Shown: positions 11,476 to 24,194, counted from the first letter of the stretch. The stretch is 64,000 nucleotides of DNA from Hydrolagus colliei (GCA_035084275.1 CM068746.1:24056001-24120000); one strand, 5' to 3'. Made by a program: numbers and translations. Notes: a model not told the origin generated them from the letters alone.

Positions 11476-13564
11476 GAAACAAAAAAATACTGTGCCACAC
11501 TTCAATGAACTTAGTTAATTTCAATGTCGTGTCTAAACAAAGAGAAACACTGATCACTGAATTCATAAAATTTCCCCGAGTCTGTTGATGAAACTGGAAA
11601 TGTAAATATTTCATTGCATTTGCTCCAAAACAGTAATTAGAAATAATGAGTTTGCTATAGGTTAAACCCCAGCTGCAAGGGAGTTGAGAATGAATTGCTA
11701 ACAGTCATGAGTTCAAAGGGAAACCTGGGGCAGATCCTTTGTTGCTTTGATGGCGATTATGCATTATTTGCATATATGCATCATGAGCCATCATCTTATT
11801 AGAAAACTATGTGTCATCACTCCCCACCACCCCACTCCCCCTGAATAGTATTGTAGTACAATTAACTCAGCCCTGGTGTTAACTCCATGCAATGAAAGCG
11901 GAGAGCACAGATGTAGAATTCAGTGCTGCAGACGTGCTGATACCATCCTTTTCCGCAACTGTAACTGGAAGCTTTAAGATTGTTCGCAAGTTCCTCAGCT
12001 CCAGTGTTGCTTCCTCTCTCAGTCTGGTGAGTATTACTGCAGGTACTTTTGCATCACTAAACGGACACCGAGAGATTTCCGTTCTGAATTGTGGGCTGAT
12101 GAAGGAAGAGAGTCAGTCAATCAGAAATTAGTGCACCCTTGCTAGTACCTTGAGGTTGATGGTTACGCTCAACTTCTAAGCCACTGTTTTATTTTTTCCA
12201 GTCTCCCGCTGGTGATGTGGGGGTTATTCGCCTGACTTATGTATTTGTATTAAAATGGCTGCTGGATTGTTCAATCGCAAAATACACCCATGTCTGCATG
12301 CATTGGAATGTTTATCCAGCGATAAACATCAGGTGTCTGGGTATCAAGTAACCTCAGACAAACCGCGTCATTTCTCTTTGAGTTGTTCCCAGCAGCTGAC
12401 TGAAGGGCTTGGGGCATTTGTGTTTGTCTGTCCATAGGGTCAATGAAATAGCCTGGCTGAATGTAGGAACATGCGTCAAAAGCAAATCAGGTGCACTACA
12501 CTGCTGAACAGGTTGCTTGTTGGATCTGTTCTCTTCGAACTTGGGGAACTGCAAGAATTTTTTTTTCTATGCAAATTTGGCCTGTGATCCTGAACACATT
12601 AATTGTGTGCAAGTTTGTTCACTGACAGAAATCGTTTACTGTGTCTGGAGTTTCATTTAATAAACTGTGTTTAACTGAATATGATAGAATGTTATCGCTT
12701 GTGTGTTTTGAACAGAATCCAGTACTCCTATTGCCAACAGCACATTTAACGTAATCACAATCCTGACCCTGCACAGTAAGATGAGACTGCACAAATTTAG
12801 CTGTGACCCTTTGCATTCCTCAGTAAGTGAAGACCTTCATTAAATTCTTCCTTGCCTGAATTTTAATTCTGTTCCACAAGGAGTGACCAGGAATAAAATT
12901 ACCATCAGTAGATTGGCAAAGCTGGGCAACGAGGAGGTTTGACAAGGCACTGTGTTAGAGCTTTTGTGAAGAGCCCAATTCTAACATTGAAACTTTTCCC
13001 ATTAGAACGTATTATGTCTCCCCATATTCCTTGTACCACTTTTTGTTTGTCAGTTTAATGCTTACAAGATACATTATTGCATTCATTGTTTTCCTTGCAT
13101 TACAGTACTGTATTCTTTCAAAAGCATTTGCCGATCCCAATCTGTGGAGAATACAACAAGAAAATTACACTTGTATAGCGCACTTAATGGAATGGAATAG
13201 TACCAGTCGTACTTTGTCTGTGGCATTATCTGTAACGCCCTCAATAGGTGAACTGAGTCATTTTGTGCTGCACATCTGAGGGTAAAATGCATCAATTTGC
13301 TAGCGGGACGTTTTATCTTTGTAAATGACTGTAAATGGGTGGTGGTGGTGAGAGAGAAATCAACCAGAGTTCCCACTCTTGATGACTGTCAGATGACTTC
13401 TGCTTGAAGAGTTCATGTGTGTGACCCTTCCATTGTCCAAGTTCATACATCTTGTACATAGTATTTGTAATCAAAACAAGACAGAGAAAAGACTACTGGC
13501 TTGCCTTAGTTTGTTGGATTCCCTGTTTCTCATCCCTCTCTTCAGACTTCTGGAACCTTAAGAC

Positions 13565-13627
13565 AGCAACAACAGCAACAAAATTACATTTATAGAGCGC
13601 CTTTCACGTTGGGAGGACGTCCCAAGA
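13565..13627 (-). mobile_element. Tail-only L2 insertion
   Basis: aacaacagcaacaaaattacatttatagagcgcctttcacgttgggaggacgtcccaag. Confidence 0.75.
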
Positions 13628-13689
13628 CCATGCAAAGCTCGTGCTAAGGTCTAAAACGGAGTTTAGAAAAATCCAAAGGGGGGAGGGGC

Positions 13690-13892
13690 AGAGTGTGGAA
13701 CTTGTTGCTGCATGCTGCAGTTGAAGCAAAAAGCTTCATTGTATTTAAGAGGAAACTTGAAGCAAACATGAGGGAGAAGGAAATAAGAGAGGCAGAGGAG
13801 AGGTGGAGGCTCATGTGGAGTATAAACACTGGCATGGACTAGTTGGGCTGAATGGCCTGTTTCCGTGCTCTTATATTCTATGTAATTCTATG
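13690..13892 (+). mobile_element. CR1-clade LINE 3' end
   Basis: tgtggaac...tttaagaggaaacttga (WN..FK.KL) then ttgggctgaatggcctgtttccgtgct and (ttctatg) repeats. Confidence 0.8.
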
Positions 13893-16800
13893 CATGATGC
13901 ATCAAGCATAATACATTATTTAATATCTTGGTTTTTTGTGTGAATTTGAAACTAGAGTCTAGATTCCCAAAAAAGCATATTTTTTTCATTCAATTGGTCA
14001 TTCATGCCATTAATGTGACTGAGACTATGTCTATGTTCCGTGGAGGAAAAAAAACATTCTTTGCATTATTTGGCCATTAAATTAACTTCCCTTTTGTAGC
14101 TCAATGGCTTGATCAATTTAAATAAATATAAAGGTAATGCTATCAAACACTTCATTATTAGTCTTTAAAAAATTCAGGTTTAACCTTGTTGGAAATGTTG
14201 TGGTGAGTGATCTGAAAATAACTATTCCGCAAATTTGAATGACTGTTTCAAAGTTGTTTTGTTCCTAACATAGTCCCGTCCCAGCTCTTTCAATACTCAG
14301 GCTGGTTTGTAAGATCACTGTGTGGTGGCTCTCCTTACATTGTTTAGGCTTTGGTTTATTGCCTCGAACCAGCTGCACTAAATGCTTCCTTAGCCTGTTT
14401 AATCATTTTTCAAAATCAACAAAAATGACAATTAAAAACTTTTGAATACTTCACCATCACTCCAAAGAGCTGCAAGTGCAGAACGGTAAAAATGCCAGTG
14501 ATTATGGTTTCAATTGCAGCCCTTGAAGAGTAAAATCAAAGAGAATGCTACAGCTTGAAGTTATTTTACAAGAGAAAGGGGTTTAATATATGACAGTCGT
14601 GGTCCATTGACACAGTAGCATGGATGAAGTACAGACGTAGAATTATTATGTAGTGAAAGCAGTAAGTTTAGCTTGAAGACAGGTGATATTGTACTGCCTC
14701 ATATACATCCGTGTTGAATACCGGCATTCAGACTGAGTTATGAAGATTAATATCTGTCATCGTGGACTTGATGAGAGTAAGTGCATTATATAGATAAGCA
14801 GAATACCATTTGAGACGGATGCTTTAAGTTCCTGCAAATTTTCGACGAGCGCTGTAGGGCAGTGCAGGGGCATAAAAGATAGTGAGTGAAAGGAACATTC
14901 CAATCCGCTTCCCTGTCTTTGATTTCTGTTCCAGATAGTATAATTATAATGTTTTAAGTATCTGCTTATTTTCTGAACACAAAAGTTAAGCTTACATTAT
15001 TGATTGTTGGAAGTGTAATCCCCGAGCTCTGCATAATAGCAGAATGGATTGGACACTTTTCTTCCAGCTGCTGCTATTCCCAGGACTTTGACAGTTCAGA
15101 TACATCACACGTTCTCTTGTATTTTTAATGTAAACATTTACTATTTTAAGTGGAGTTCACAATTGGATTAAACTGGGAGGATACAAACAAAGCGTACTAA
15201 ACCAAAACCTTGCTGCAGACTAAATCACAGTTCTGTTAGACTCCGTCCTTTGTGTGCTCTGCACTGTATCTCATAAAATGTAGCTTATACACTTTTCTGG
15301 GATCACCCAGCAGGCAGTTACTTGTGTTCGACTTCCCACAAAATAACCAGGTCAGCATATTTGTGTATTTATTTTTCCAGCAGCATCTGCACTTCTTGCT
15401 TGCTTTATTCCGTGTGTACTGGCATTAATTTCTCCACTCACCATGATCAATTCAGCAAAATTTCAATTGGGGGTGCATCCCACTTTGCTTGAATTATGCT
15501 TTTTTTTGCTGTATTGCAGTAAATGACTTTCTGTCTGTAGGTAACCTTCCCTAATAACCCAGCAATGTAACAGGGGCAATTTTCAAGGTTCTCCATCCAA
15601 GGACAGCAGATCTGTGTTTAATAAGTTGAAATTGTTGGGTTGCATTTGGTGCACAATGATTTTAAGAAGACTTTGCATTAGAACTCCCCAGCAGCCAGCT
15701 ATGGATTTATACTCGAACAGCTAAAAATGTAACGTGGCTCAGATTTGTTCAATTTCCTGTTTTGTTTAAGCCATGCAACATAGAGCATAAATTCACCAAA
15801 CCACTTTTCCTGGTGACAATACTTCATTAGATTAATTTAGTAAATATTCATGAGGATTTTCGTCTTCTGAGTCATAGAATTCTTTTATTCCCTGAAGAAT
15901 TTCCTGTGTCTGACTGGAATTTCACGTCTTTGTAGTTTTAGCTGGGTTCCTTGAAGCAGTTACTTCTAAATGACCATGTTCTTGTGGTCTGCACGTAATG
16001 CCTGGGGAGCTTGGGTCACTTATTGACTCCTGTTTTTCAAGAAAATTGATCCCTTTCAGGCCCGACTGCAGTGAATTTATTCCATGTTTTTTGAATGCTT
16101 CCCACTTTTCTTTTTATTGTTACAGTCCTCTTTCTTGACGTGTGCAACATCTGCAAATGAAGCTATATTTGTCTACATCTCAATATGTTTGTGTTTCTTT
16201 CTTTGATTCTTTGTGAGTGCATTGGTGGTTTGCTTGAAGGTCTAAGCCATCAGGTTTTCATCACTCACTCGGAGAAGAGGAAAGGGAGATAGAGTTACTG
16301 GTATATTGGACCATTTAGCAATTAATAAGAAAATGCTATTGGATATCTTTTTGGAGGTGAAATTTGGGTTACAGCAGAATACCAGAGATTTTGTGATCCC
16401 TGTTCAAATTGAACTCTGGCAAATTTTAAAAAAATTTGCATTCTCTTCCGTCATTCTTTTTATTGAATGTTAACTAATGTGCATTAAAAAACACAATGAC
16501 AACTTGTAGGAAATCCTGGTACTTTGCTGAGAAGCTTTAAATTATTATTTTCTTATTGCTCTGTAGCAGTTTCTGAAGCTCACTGAAAAGCACTTATAAG
16601 AAAGGGAATGGTTTAGGGGCAGCACAGTTTACTTTGATGGGAATTCTCATTTACCCATATGTTTGGAGTTTGATAAACTACCATGTGCTTTTTAAATCAC
16701 TGTGCTTTGGTGCCATCCCTAGTCACTGCATTGAATGATTTATTGATTGTTTTGATTGTGGTTGCGGTGCTGAAATCTAGGACAGGATTCCAGTGAATTA

Positions 16801-17258
16801 TAAATCTGTTTTCACCTCTGCAGATAAAAATCTGGGAATTAAACTTTCCTGTGTTTGTATTATTTAGGATTGACAGTGTAGATTTTACATGAATTGTAAA
16901 ATGGGCACACGTTTCAGATCTATGTGTGTGGAGCTAATCTTCGGTTCCATCGACTGTCGCTCGGTTGGAAAGGTATTAGATTCCTAACACAATAGCAATA
17001 TTAATATGATTGATTCAATCATACAGTCAACGCTAAGTGAGAGGTTTTCAAACAACAGGCAGTGCTTTAGAATGTTTCTTGGCAACAGCAGGGAACATTT
17101 GTGAGGCTTGTAAACTATGTGGAATATAACTGGCTTTTGGGTGACATTCAAGGGAATGGTGTCCTCAATGGATGTGGTGAAGGATGTAGTGATGTGAAAT
17201 TCTTATTTTAAAAAAACGGAATTAGTTGCATTGTTTTCAACCTAGCAATAGTATATGA

Positions 17259-17320
17259 TTGGGACGTCCTCCCGACGTGAAAGGCACTCTATCAATGTAA
17301 TTTTGTTGTTGTTGCTATTG
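17259..17320 (+). mobile_element. Tail-only L2 insertion
   Basis: ttgggacgtcctcccgacgtgaaaggcactctatcaatgtaattttgttgttgttg. Confidence 0.75.
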
Positions 17321-18461
17321 ATGATGACCAGATTTCGTACGACAAGCAAATTAAGTTTTTTTTACTGCACACAGAATACATTAATATTACTGCTGTTAAT
17401 TTGGCTTTATTAAATCATGCATGAATTATGGCTGAATAATGTATGTCAGGACTGGTTTGAACCCTGGCCACAGGTATCTAATTCCATTGCCTATCAGGGA
17501 ATCGACAACTTGTTCTCTTTTATAAACTCAGATTTTTCACAAACTGATTTATGCACTTCCAATTTTTTTTCTGCTGCCATTGCATTTTATTTGTTTTCTT
17601 TTTGTTTGGGGAAAGGTTAAACTGGGGTGAAGTATGCAGACAAGCAACTCGCGTGTCCTGTCCAATATAATGTAAAAAAGACATGTCCAAGTCAACAGTA
17701 CTACTGGGACTGCTGGCTCTGTTGTTTGACAGTTGCTCAGTCAAATAGGGTTTGGATTTCTAGGGCTAATATTGTTTAGATAACAGACTACATGGTATGT
17801 GTTCAAAACTCTCCGACATGTAACAAATAACAATACGTACAACCCTGTGGAACAATGGGGAATTGGAGGATGTTATAAGGCAAATGGTGCACAAGTAGGG
17901 GATCAAATGAGATCACGAGTGCAAAAGGGCCTTTTATTTAAAAGAAGAAATCTAGATTAATGTGAGTCGTTGTAGTTTAATGGAAGTAGCCTAATTGCTT
18001 CAGAGTTGAGGAGTCATCAGAGGCTAAAATTTTACCATTGACGGTTAGATTTTTTTTGCCAGTAGCCTGGAGGAATTAAAAGATTGAAAGGCAGCATCTC
18101 TGTCTGCCTCAGTTGTGGATTTGATGAAAGTATCACTTTGTTAGACACCGACCTGACCTGATGAGATGTGGGGCAACTATGAATGGCATGTGATTTAAGC
18201 ATGATGGTGACATAATTGCAAAGCCATCAAGAATCTGCTTTCTATTCATTTTTTTCAAATATGTTGCTTTTCCAGAAATGTTTTCAGTGTTGAGTAAGTG
18301 TTGGAGAGCTTTTAAGCCCAAACTCCCCATTGAAATCGTCCACTATGTCCTATCTTTATTTCCTTATGCGGAATGCAAAGAGGCTTTGAATTGTGCAAAT
18401 GTGGATTCTTCATGCTGCTGTAACAGCTTACCAACCTTAGCTTACATTCTTAAAGCACCCC

Positions 18462-18908
18462 TGTGAAGTCCTATAGCTCAGTGGTTAGAGCAATCGCCTT
18501 ACAAGTGTTGAGACCTGAGTTCGATTCCAGGTAGGGCAAAACCTTGGGCAAGTTTCCTGACTCTACAGGCCTAATAATAATCCCCCCCCAAAAAAATAAT
18601 AATAAATTGGTCAATTCAATCCACGACTGTTTGTGGGACACCAAAAAACACAAAATACTGCAGATGCTGGAAATCTGAAACACAAACAAGTTGTTGGGAA
18701 CACTTAAAAGGTCAGGCAGCATCTATGAAGAAAGTTGACTCACTTTTCCTTTCTTTGTTTGTGGGACACTATTGTGTGCGATTGGCTGCCTCGTTTCACC
18801 TACAAATATACAGTCAATTCACTTTACAGTATATTCTGTGAAGTGCTTTGAGATGTCGAGAAGACGCGAAAAGCACGATATCAAATGCAGAGTTTCTTAT
18901 TATTATTT
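18462..18908 (+). mobile_element. SINE family A, full length, interrupted by a Penelope-like insertion
   Basis: Head tgtgaagtcctatagctcagtggttagagc...gagttcgattcc. Tail gcgaaaagcacgatatcaaatgcagag...ttattatt. Confidence 0.9.
18642..18755 (-). mobile_element. Penelope-like terminal repeat insertion with 14-bp TSD
   Basis: tgtttgtgggacac duplicated at 18628-18641 and 18756-18769. Insert caaaaaacacaaaatactgcagatgctggaaatctgaaacacaaac...ggtcaggcagcatctatg. Confidence 0.8.
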
Positions 18909-20986
18909 TACAACCACACCCATGTTTCATTTCCGCTTGTGATCTGGAATTCATCTGCTTTTTGGCCATCGCACTGAGATGTCACTACTTTCATTCAATT
19001 TCAGTGTTACAAAAAGCTAGTATTTCACTATGCATACATTGCATTCCCAGCTCACAAACGCATGCATTCAGGTACAACATATGGAGTGGATTTAATGACA
19101 CTGAGTTCAGCTTTGCCTAGCCTTTCTGCAGTCTAACTCTGTAGCCTAACTCTTGCATCTGCACAACATACATGCAAACAGCTTTGTTTCTGAAGGGAGT
19201 TGCCAGTATTGTAATGTAAGCCTAAGTCTAGAAGCAGGTCTGGTTTGGCAGACTCTAAAACAGGACAGCCCTGAAAGGGAAAACCATTTTAAAAAAGAAA
19301 CTGGGTTCCAGAAGTAGAATCCTGTGGAAACTTTCCAAGACTTTTTAGCCAAATAGGATTTTGAAATTTCCTTTCTTAGTGATCCATCCTGAAACCTGAG
19401 GCAAAATACATAACTGCAGCCAATGAGATATACACTGTAAAATATTATAAAAACAGGGAGAAATAAACAGAAACACTCTATTTACACTTGTCTGCAAGAT
19501 TCCTCTGCGGTAAGAGGAAGTGTATTGCATTTATACTGTTTTGTGTTTCTCAAGGGGGGAGGTGGACGACGACAGAGGAAAGAACATAAAGATTGCTTCA
19601 TTGCTTCATGTTTCTTCTGCAGTGGTCCACATGCCTCATACAAGAAAATACATTCTGCAGGTCTGGCTGTAATAAATGCCCAAGTTATCTGAGATAAAAC
19701 ACAGTAAATTAGCTGAGCATTGTGTGCGCAGCTAACAGTGTAGTGTAAATAAATGCCTAAGGAAACTATACTAATGCTTTATGAAATTGGCAACAGCAGT
19801 GCAATAAAGATGGAAATAGATAAAGAATATGAACTCAGAAACCATTTAATAGAACTGTATTTGAATAAACTTTGAAAACATTAAGCCTGTCATATTTATT
19901 GATGTGGTGCAGAAATGCTGTGGTAGGCCTTAGAGGTTTGACAGGGGATGTTTCAGAGGAAATATTTTGCAGACTTGCTTCCTGTAACCTTAAAGTGACC
20001 ATTATGTCTGGTGCATTGAATAAATAATGTTCTACACTGAATTAAAAGGGAGACTGCCTGCTTCTAAGAGAGGGAAAAAAAGACTAAGCTTTATGGAATC
20101 ATAAACTGCACCATTACTTCATTAACCCTGACTATTCTTCACTGTACATAAACTTCATGGTCACAAAATATGCAAGTAAAGAACTTCCATGATTTCCAAG
20201 TTGTTGTAATATCCAGCAGCTCAAAGCTGTTTTTTCGATTTGGGGGTTTAATATGTAACAATTTGTAACCATTGTAACTCACGGTTACCAAATTAACAAG
20301 CTAAATATTGTACAGTACTTCACACCAAACAGCAGAGATGTTGATTATGGGTCGTATATTGCATGAAAAGTAGGTTTTGATACAGTACAAATTTATATTG
20401 ATGTAGAACCTTTCACGTCAGCAAAAAGTCCAGTGTGCTTAAAGATTGGCACAATAGACTTCAATTTCCTACAGAAGTTGTTAATTGCATACATTTAGTT
20501 GCTAAACATTGCAACCATACTATCGGTGAATACAGATGCATCTATCTCCATGCAATGAATTCCATGCAGAAATGTGTGTTTCAACTGTAGCCTGCACATT
20601 GGTATTGAACTTGCTGTGATGTACTATATTTCTGTCAGTTAAGATAATTTTATTTTCTATTGGAGAGCGCAAAATGTGGAACTAGGTCTTCTCTGTTGCC
20701 TCAGTAAAAGTGATGTTTCATTCACCCCATTGAGTTAGAATGGCAAGTGTGCGTTATTAGGTTCCTTCTCTTTGGCTTTGAACTCCATCCTCCTCTCCAT
20801 TGTTTTGAGACTCCAGATGCATTTAATTCATTTCTTTCTCAATTTTTCACTTCCGGCTTCCTAAAAATGATCTTCATTATCTATGAAAATACATTTGCGT
20901 CAATTATGTTACATCTTTAAAAAATGACCAATCCCAATGTTTAGTGATTTCTTTTTGATCTAATCCAGTCAATCCTATCTCTCGCT

Positions 20987-21091
20987 CTATATATATGTAT
21001 ATATATATATACATATATATATTTTGCATTCGGATTTTAACTGATAATCTCCTATAAAGTGGACCAACACTGATATATGTATATATATATG

Positions 21092-21123
<32 letters not shown>

Positions 21124-21125
21124 CA
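20987..21125. repeat. Imperfect (TA)n microsatellite split by a 54-bp unique insert
   Basis: TA runs at 20987-21020 and 21075-21125. Confidence 0.9.
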
Positions 21126-21614
21126 TACTTTACAATAACAAATCACTGGTAGTGATTTTAAGGCAGTAATTCAATCTTGGGTTCCTCTGACATTCGTGAA
21201 CATTTGAGGTAAACCGAATGACTCAATTTCAATTGCAGCCTTGTGAGTCACTGTCAACCTATATTTATTCAGTAGGTAGTACAGAGTGGTTATAATTGAG
21301 ATTTTACCATGATGTACAGTAGTGTCCGCTTGACTATTATGGGGATTATTGATTTTGCATTCGGATTTTAACTGATAATCTCCTATAAAGTGGACCAACA
21401 CTGATCAGGCACAGGTTCTAACTGCCTTGGTGAGATAATATTAATAATAAGATAATAATTTGAAATATTCTTCTGATATGAAAAATGTTCTATGAATGTC
21501 TGTTTGTTGTAATGAGAACTAAGATAATCAATGCAATGGCAATGAAGTTTGGGGATAGTGCGAAGGAATGGGCAGGAGACATGAAGCGCGCTTGTAGGGA
21601 TATCAAAAGATATG

Positions 21615-21718
21615 GGCAAAGACGGGTAATTTAAGTTGAGGTACAGATCAGGTATGATTTAATAGAAAGGCGGAACAGACTTGAGGGGCTGATGATCTAC
21701 TGTTTCTATGTTTCTATA
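21615..21718 (+). mobile_element. CR1-type 3' UTR relic
   Basis: gaggtacagatcagg...ggcggaacagacttgaggggctga...tttctatgtttctat. Confidence 0.65.
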
Positions 21719-21759
21719 AACTGTTGATGGAGAGACCCCCAATAATGATAATTATCATC

Positions 21760-22210
21760 CCAAACTCTGCAGCTTGTGTCCTTTCCAGCACAAGGATCCG
21801 CGACCCTATCACTCTCACCCTTGCCCGGCTCCATTGGCTCCTCATCCCGCAGAGGATTGAATTCAAGATCCTCATCCTTATCTTCAAGGCTATCCATGGC
21901 CTTGCCCCTTTCTACCTCTGCAACTTGCCCATCCACTCCATTCAGCAGGCTCTAGTCTGCTCCATGTCTTCTGCCCGACCTGTCCTACCATCGGTGGCCG
22001 GGCTTTCAGCCTCTCTGCTCCTACATTCTGGAACTCCATCCCACAGTCCCTTCACCTCACTTCCTCCCTTGCCTCCTTCAGGGCCAGTCTCAAGAAACCT
22101 GCTTTATGATCACATTATGCATCTCTGTAATGTGGATTAAAGTAATTTAGGCACTCCGAGATGTCATCCAGCATGAAAAACACTATATAAATGCAAGTTA
22201 TTGTTGTTCT
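21760..22210 (+). mobile_element. L2 3' end, frameshifted (pseudo-ORF2)
   Basis: ORF 21724-22140 contains NSAACVLSSTRIRDPITLTLARLHWLLIPQRIEFKILILIFKAIHGLAPFYL. Tail cactatataaatgcaagttattgttg. Confidence 0.88.
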
Positions 22211-22494
22211 CATTTTTCAAACAAATTCAATCAATTCTAGAACATTTAGAAACAGTTTGTAACATGTTTTTTTAAATTAAGCTATTTCAGATATAGTTCC
22301 TGTTGTGTCAAATCCGGTTCAACCCTTCAAACACTCTCACAGCTTTTGTCTTGCAAACTACCTCCTGCAATCCTCCTGCCTGAAATGAACATCAGGCCTT
22401 TTCGTCTCTCGCCTGATCCTTCGCACTGTCAATGGGCGAGCTGCCTTTGCTCTCCTTCTGCCTAATTTCTTCCTTTCCCACATTTAATACCAAC

Positions 22495-22835
22495 CATGGA
22501 TCTATGCAACACAGAAGGAGGCCATTTGGCCCATCGTGTTTGTGCCGGCTCTTCGAAAAGAGCTGTCCAAGTCAATCCCACTCCCTAGCTCTCTCTCCAT
22601 AGTCCCACAGATTGTCCTCCCCAAATAAGTATCTACTTCTCGCTTACGAGTTGTTATAAAATTGGCTTCCACCACCCTTTCAAGCAATGTATTCCAGATC
22701 CGAACAACTCACTGTATGAAAACATTTCTCCTCACCTCCCCTGTGTTTCTTTTAAGAAATATTTTGAATTGGTGTCCTCGGGTTACCGACCCACTCGCCA
22801 GCGGAAATAGTTTCTCCTTGTTCACCCTATTGAAT
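22495..22835 (-). mobile_element. CR1-clade LINE 3' end
   Basis: cacagaaggaggccatttggcccatcgtg at the tail. Minus strand encodes EKLFPL..SVTRGH..VVRIWNTLLERVVEA-like ORF2 end. Confidence 0.85.
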
Positions 22836-24194
22836 TTTCAAATCCTTTTGCATAATTTTGAATATCTGTGGCATTTTATTATAGAAAATGTTACGAATAA
22901 GAAACAATTGCATACAACAGTCCTTTTAATCATTTCGCAATGGCAACCAATACAATTATATCCATGGTTTTGTAAGTGGCTCTCCTAAAGCCATCTTTTT
23001 CTTTACTATCTCCAATTATTACTGTAATAAACATACTAAACCACCAAACACAGTCACTCTACTTAACCGTACATGCTGAAACACTTTGAGACGTCAGCCT
23101 GACATGAAAGGCACTATGCCAAAATGTAAGGTTTAAAGATTATTATGTTATCGTCATTTGTTACTGTAACAACCTGAAACCCATTCAATTAAATGTAAAA
23201 ATAAAATAGTTATTCATTTTTTAAAATAAATTCTGTGTGCTTACATTTTCCCTTCAATTTTATTTGCTGTTTCTTGCTGTCTGACCCTCTTTTTCCACCA
23301 TCTCCTGACCCAGTAGAGAACTTCAAGTGATGTTTTATAAATATAGTATATGGTTGTTGCTTGTGCTATATTGTAACTGGTGAGGATTGAACGAACCCAT
23401 TGATAATAATTGTACAGGTATATGCACATTCTTGGGCAATGATTTCTATTGTGGTATATTCATTTATAAGAGTTTTAGAAATATACCTTGTGTATTGGTG
23501 CATACACTTTCTTGGCATTACCATTATTACAGCAACAACAAATTTGCATTTATATTAGTACCCCTCACACAAGATAGTGTCTTGGAGTGCTGAAAAGCAA
23601 AGATTTAACTGCACTTTACCATAATAATGCATGGGCAAATTCATAGATTCATAGAATTTTACGGCACAAATTATTAAAACAAAACATTGGCTCAATGATT
23701 AAAGCCATGTAAAAGCTCCCAAATTTCATCTCCTATCTCTGCTGAGCCCTATCTTATTTCAGTCTGGGATACATGACTACAATTAGCCTTAACTTCATAA
23801 GCAAAGGAGGAGGGAAATGGGCCATAGATGCCACTGTTGATTGCTAGGCAAAATCAGCCTCCGCTGTGATACACCCTATTGGTCAAATGGTAATACTTGC
23901 TTGAAAGAGCAGGCGTGAACAATGGCAAAGTGTGGCTGCTGGCGGTGCAGCTATACACCAGTATGAATCATTGATTTCGAGAGTGAAGATGGGAAGGGAG
24001 AAATACAGGTAGAAGCAAAATACAAGACATAGACTGGTGCTTTCATTGGTAAAACCTGCCTTCATTATTACTAAATACAGTACTTTGCAGTGCAATTGTT
24101 CATCTACAACAGCTGAGCTCTTGTGTTTATTAATTATTAAATCAACTGGGATGTAAGAATCTGTCCGTTAATGTTTTATTTTATTATTCTGCAG

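Larger units (their letters stand above)
1..24194 (+). other. MSRB3: 3' part of a long (>24 kb) phase-1 MSRB3 intron
   Basis: The expected short upstream exon (SETKFDSGS-like) was not found by eye in the window, so it should lie upstream. The equivalent intron is very long in mammals. Confidence 0.75.

Noticed and set aside
20904-21146. YI-repeat ORF
   Set aside because: Translation of the (TA)n microsatellite.
21724-22140. 138-aa ORF
   Set aside because: Frameshifted L2 ORF2 remnant; annotated as a mobile element.
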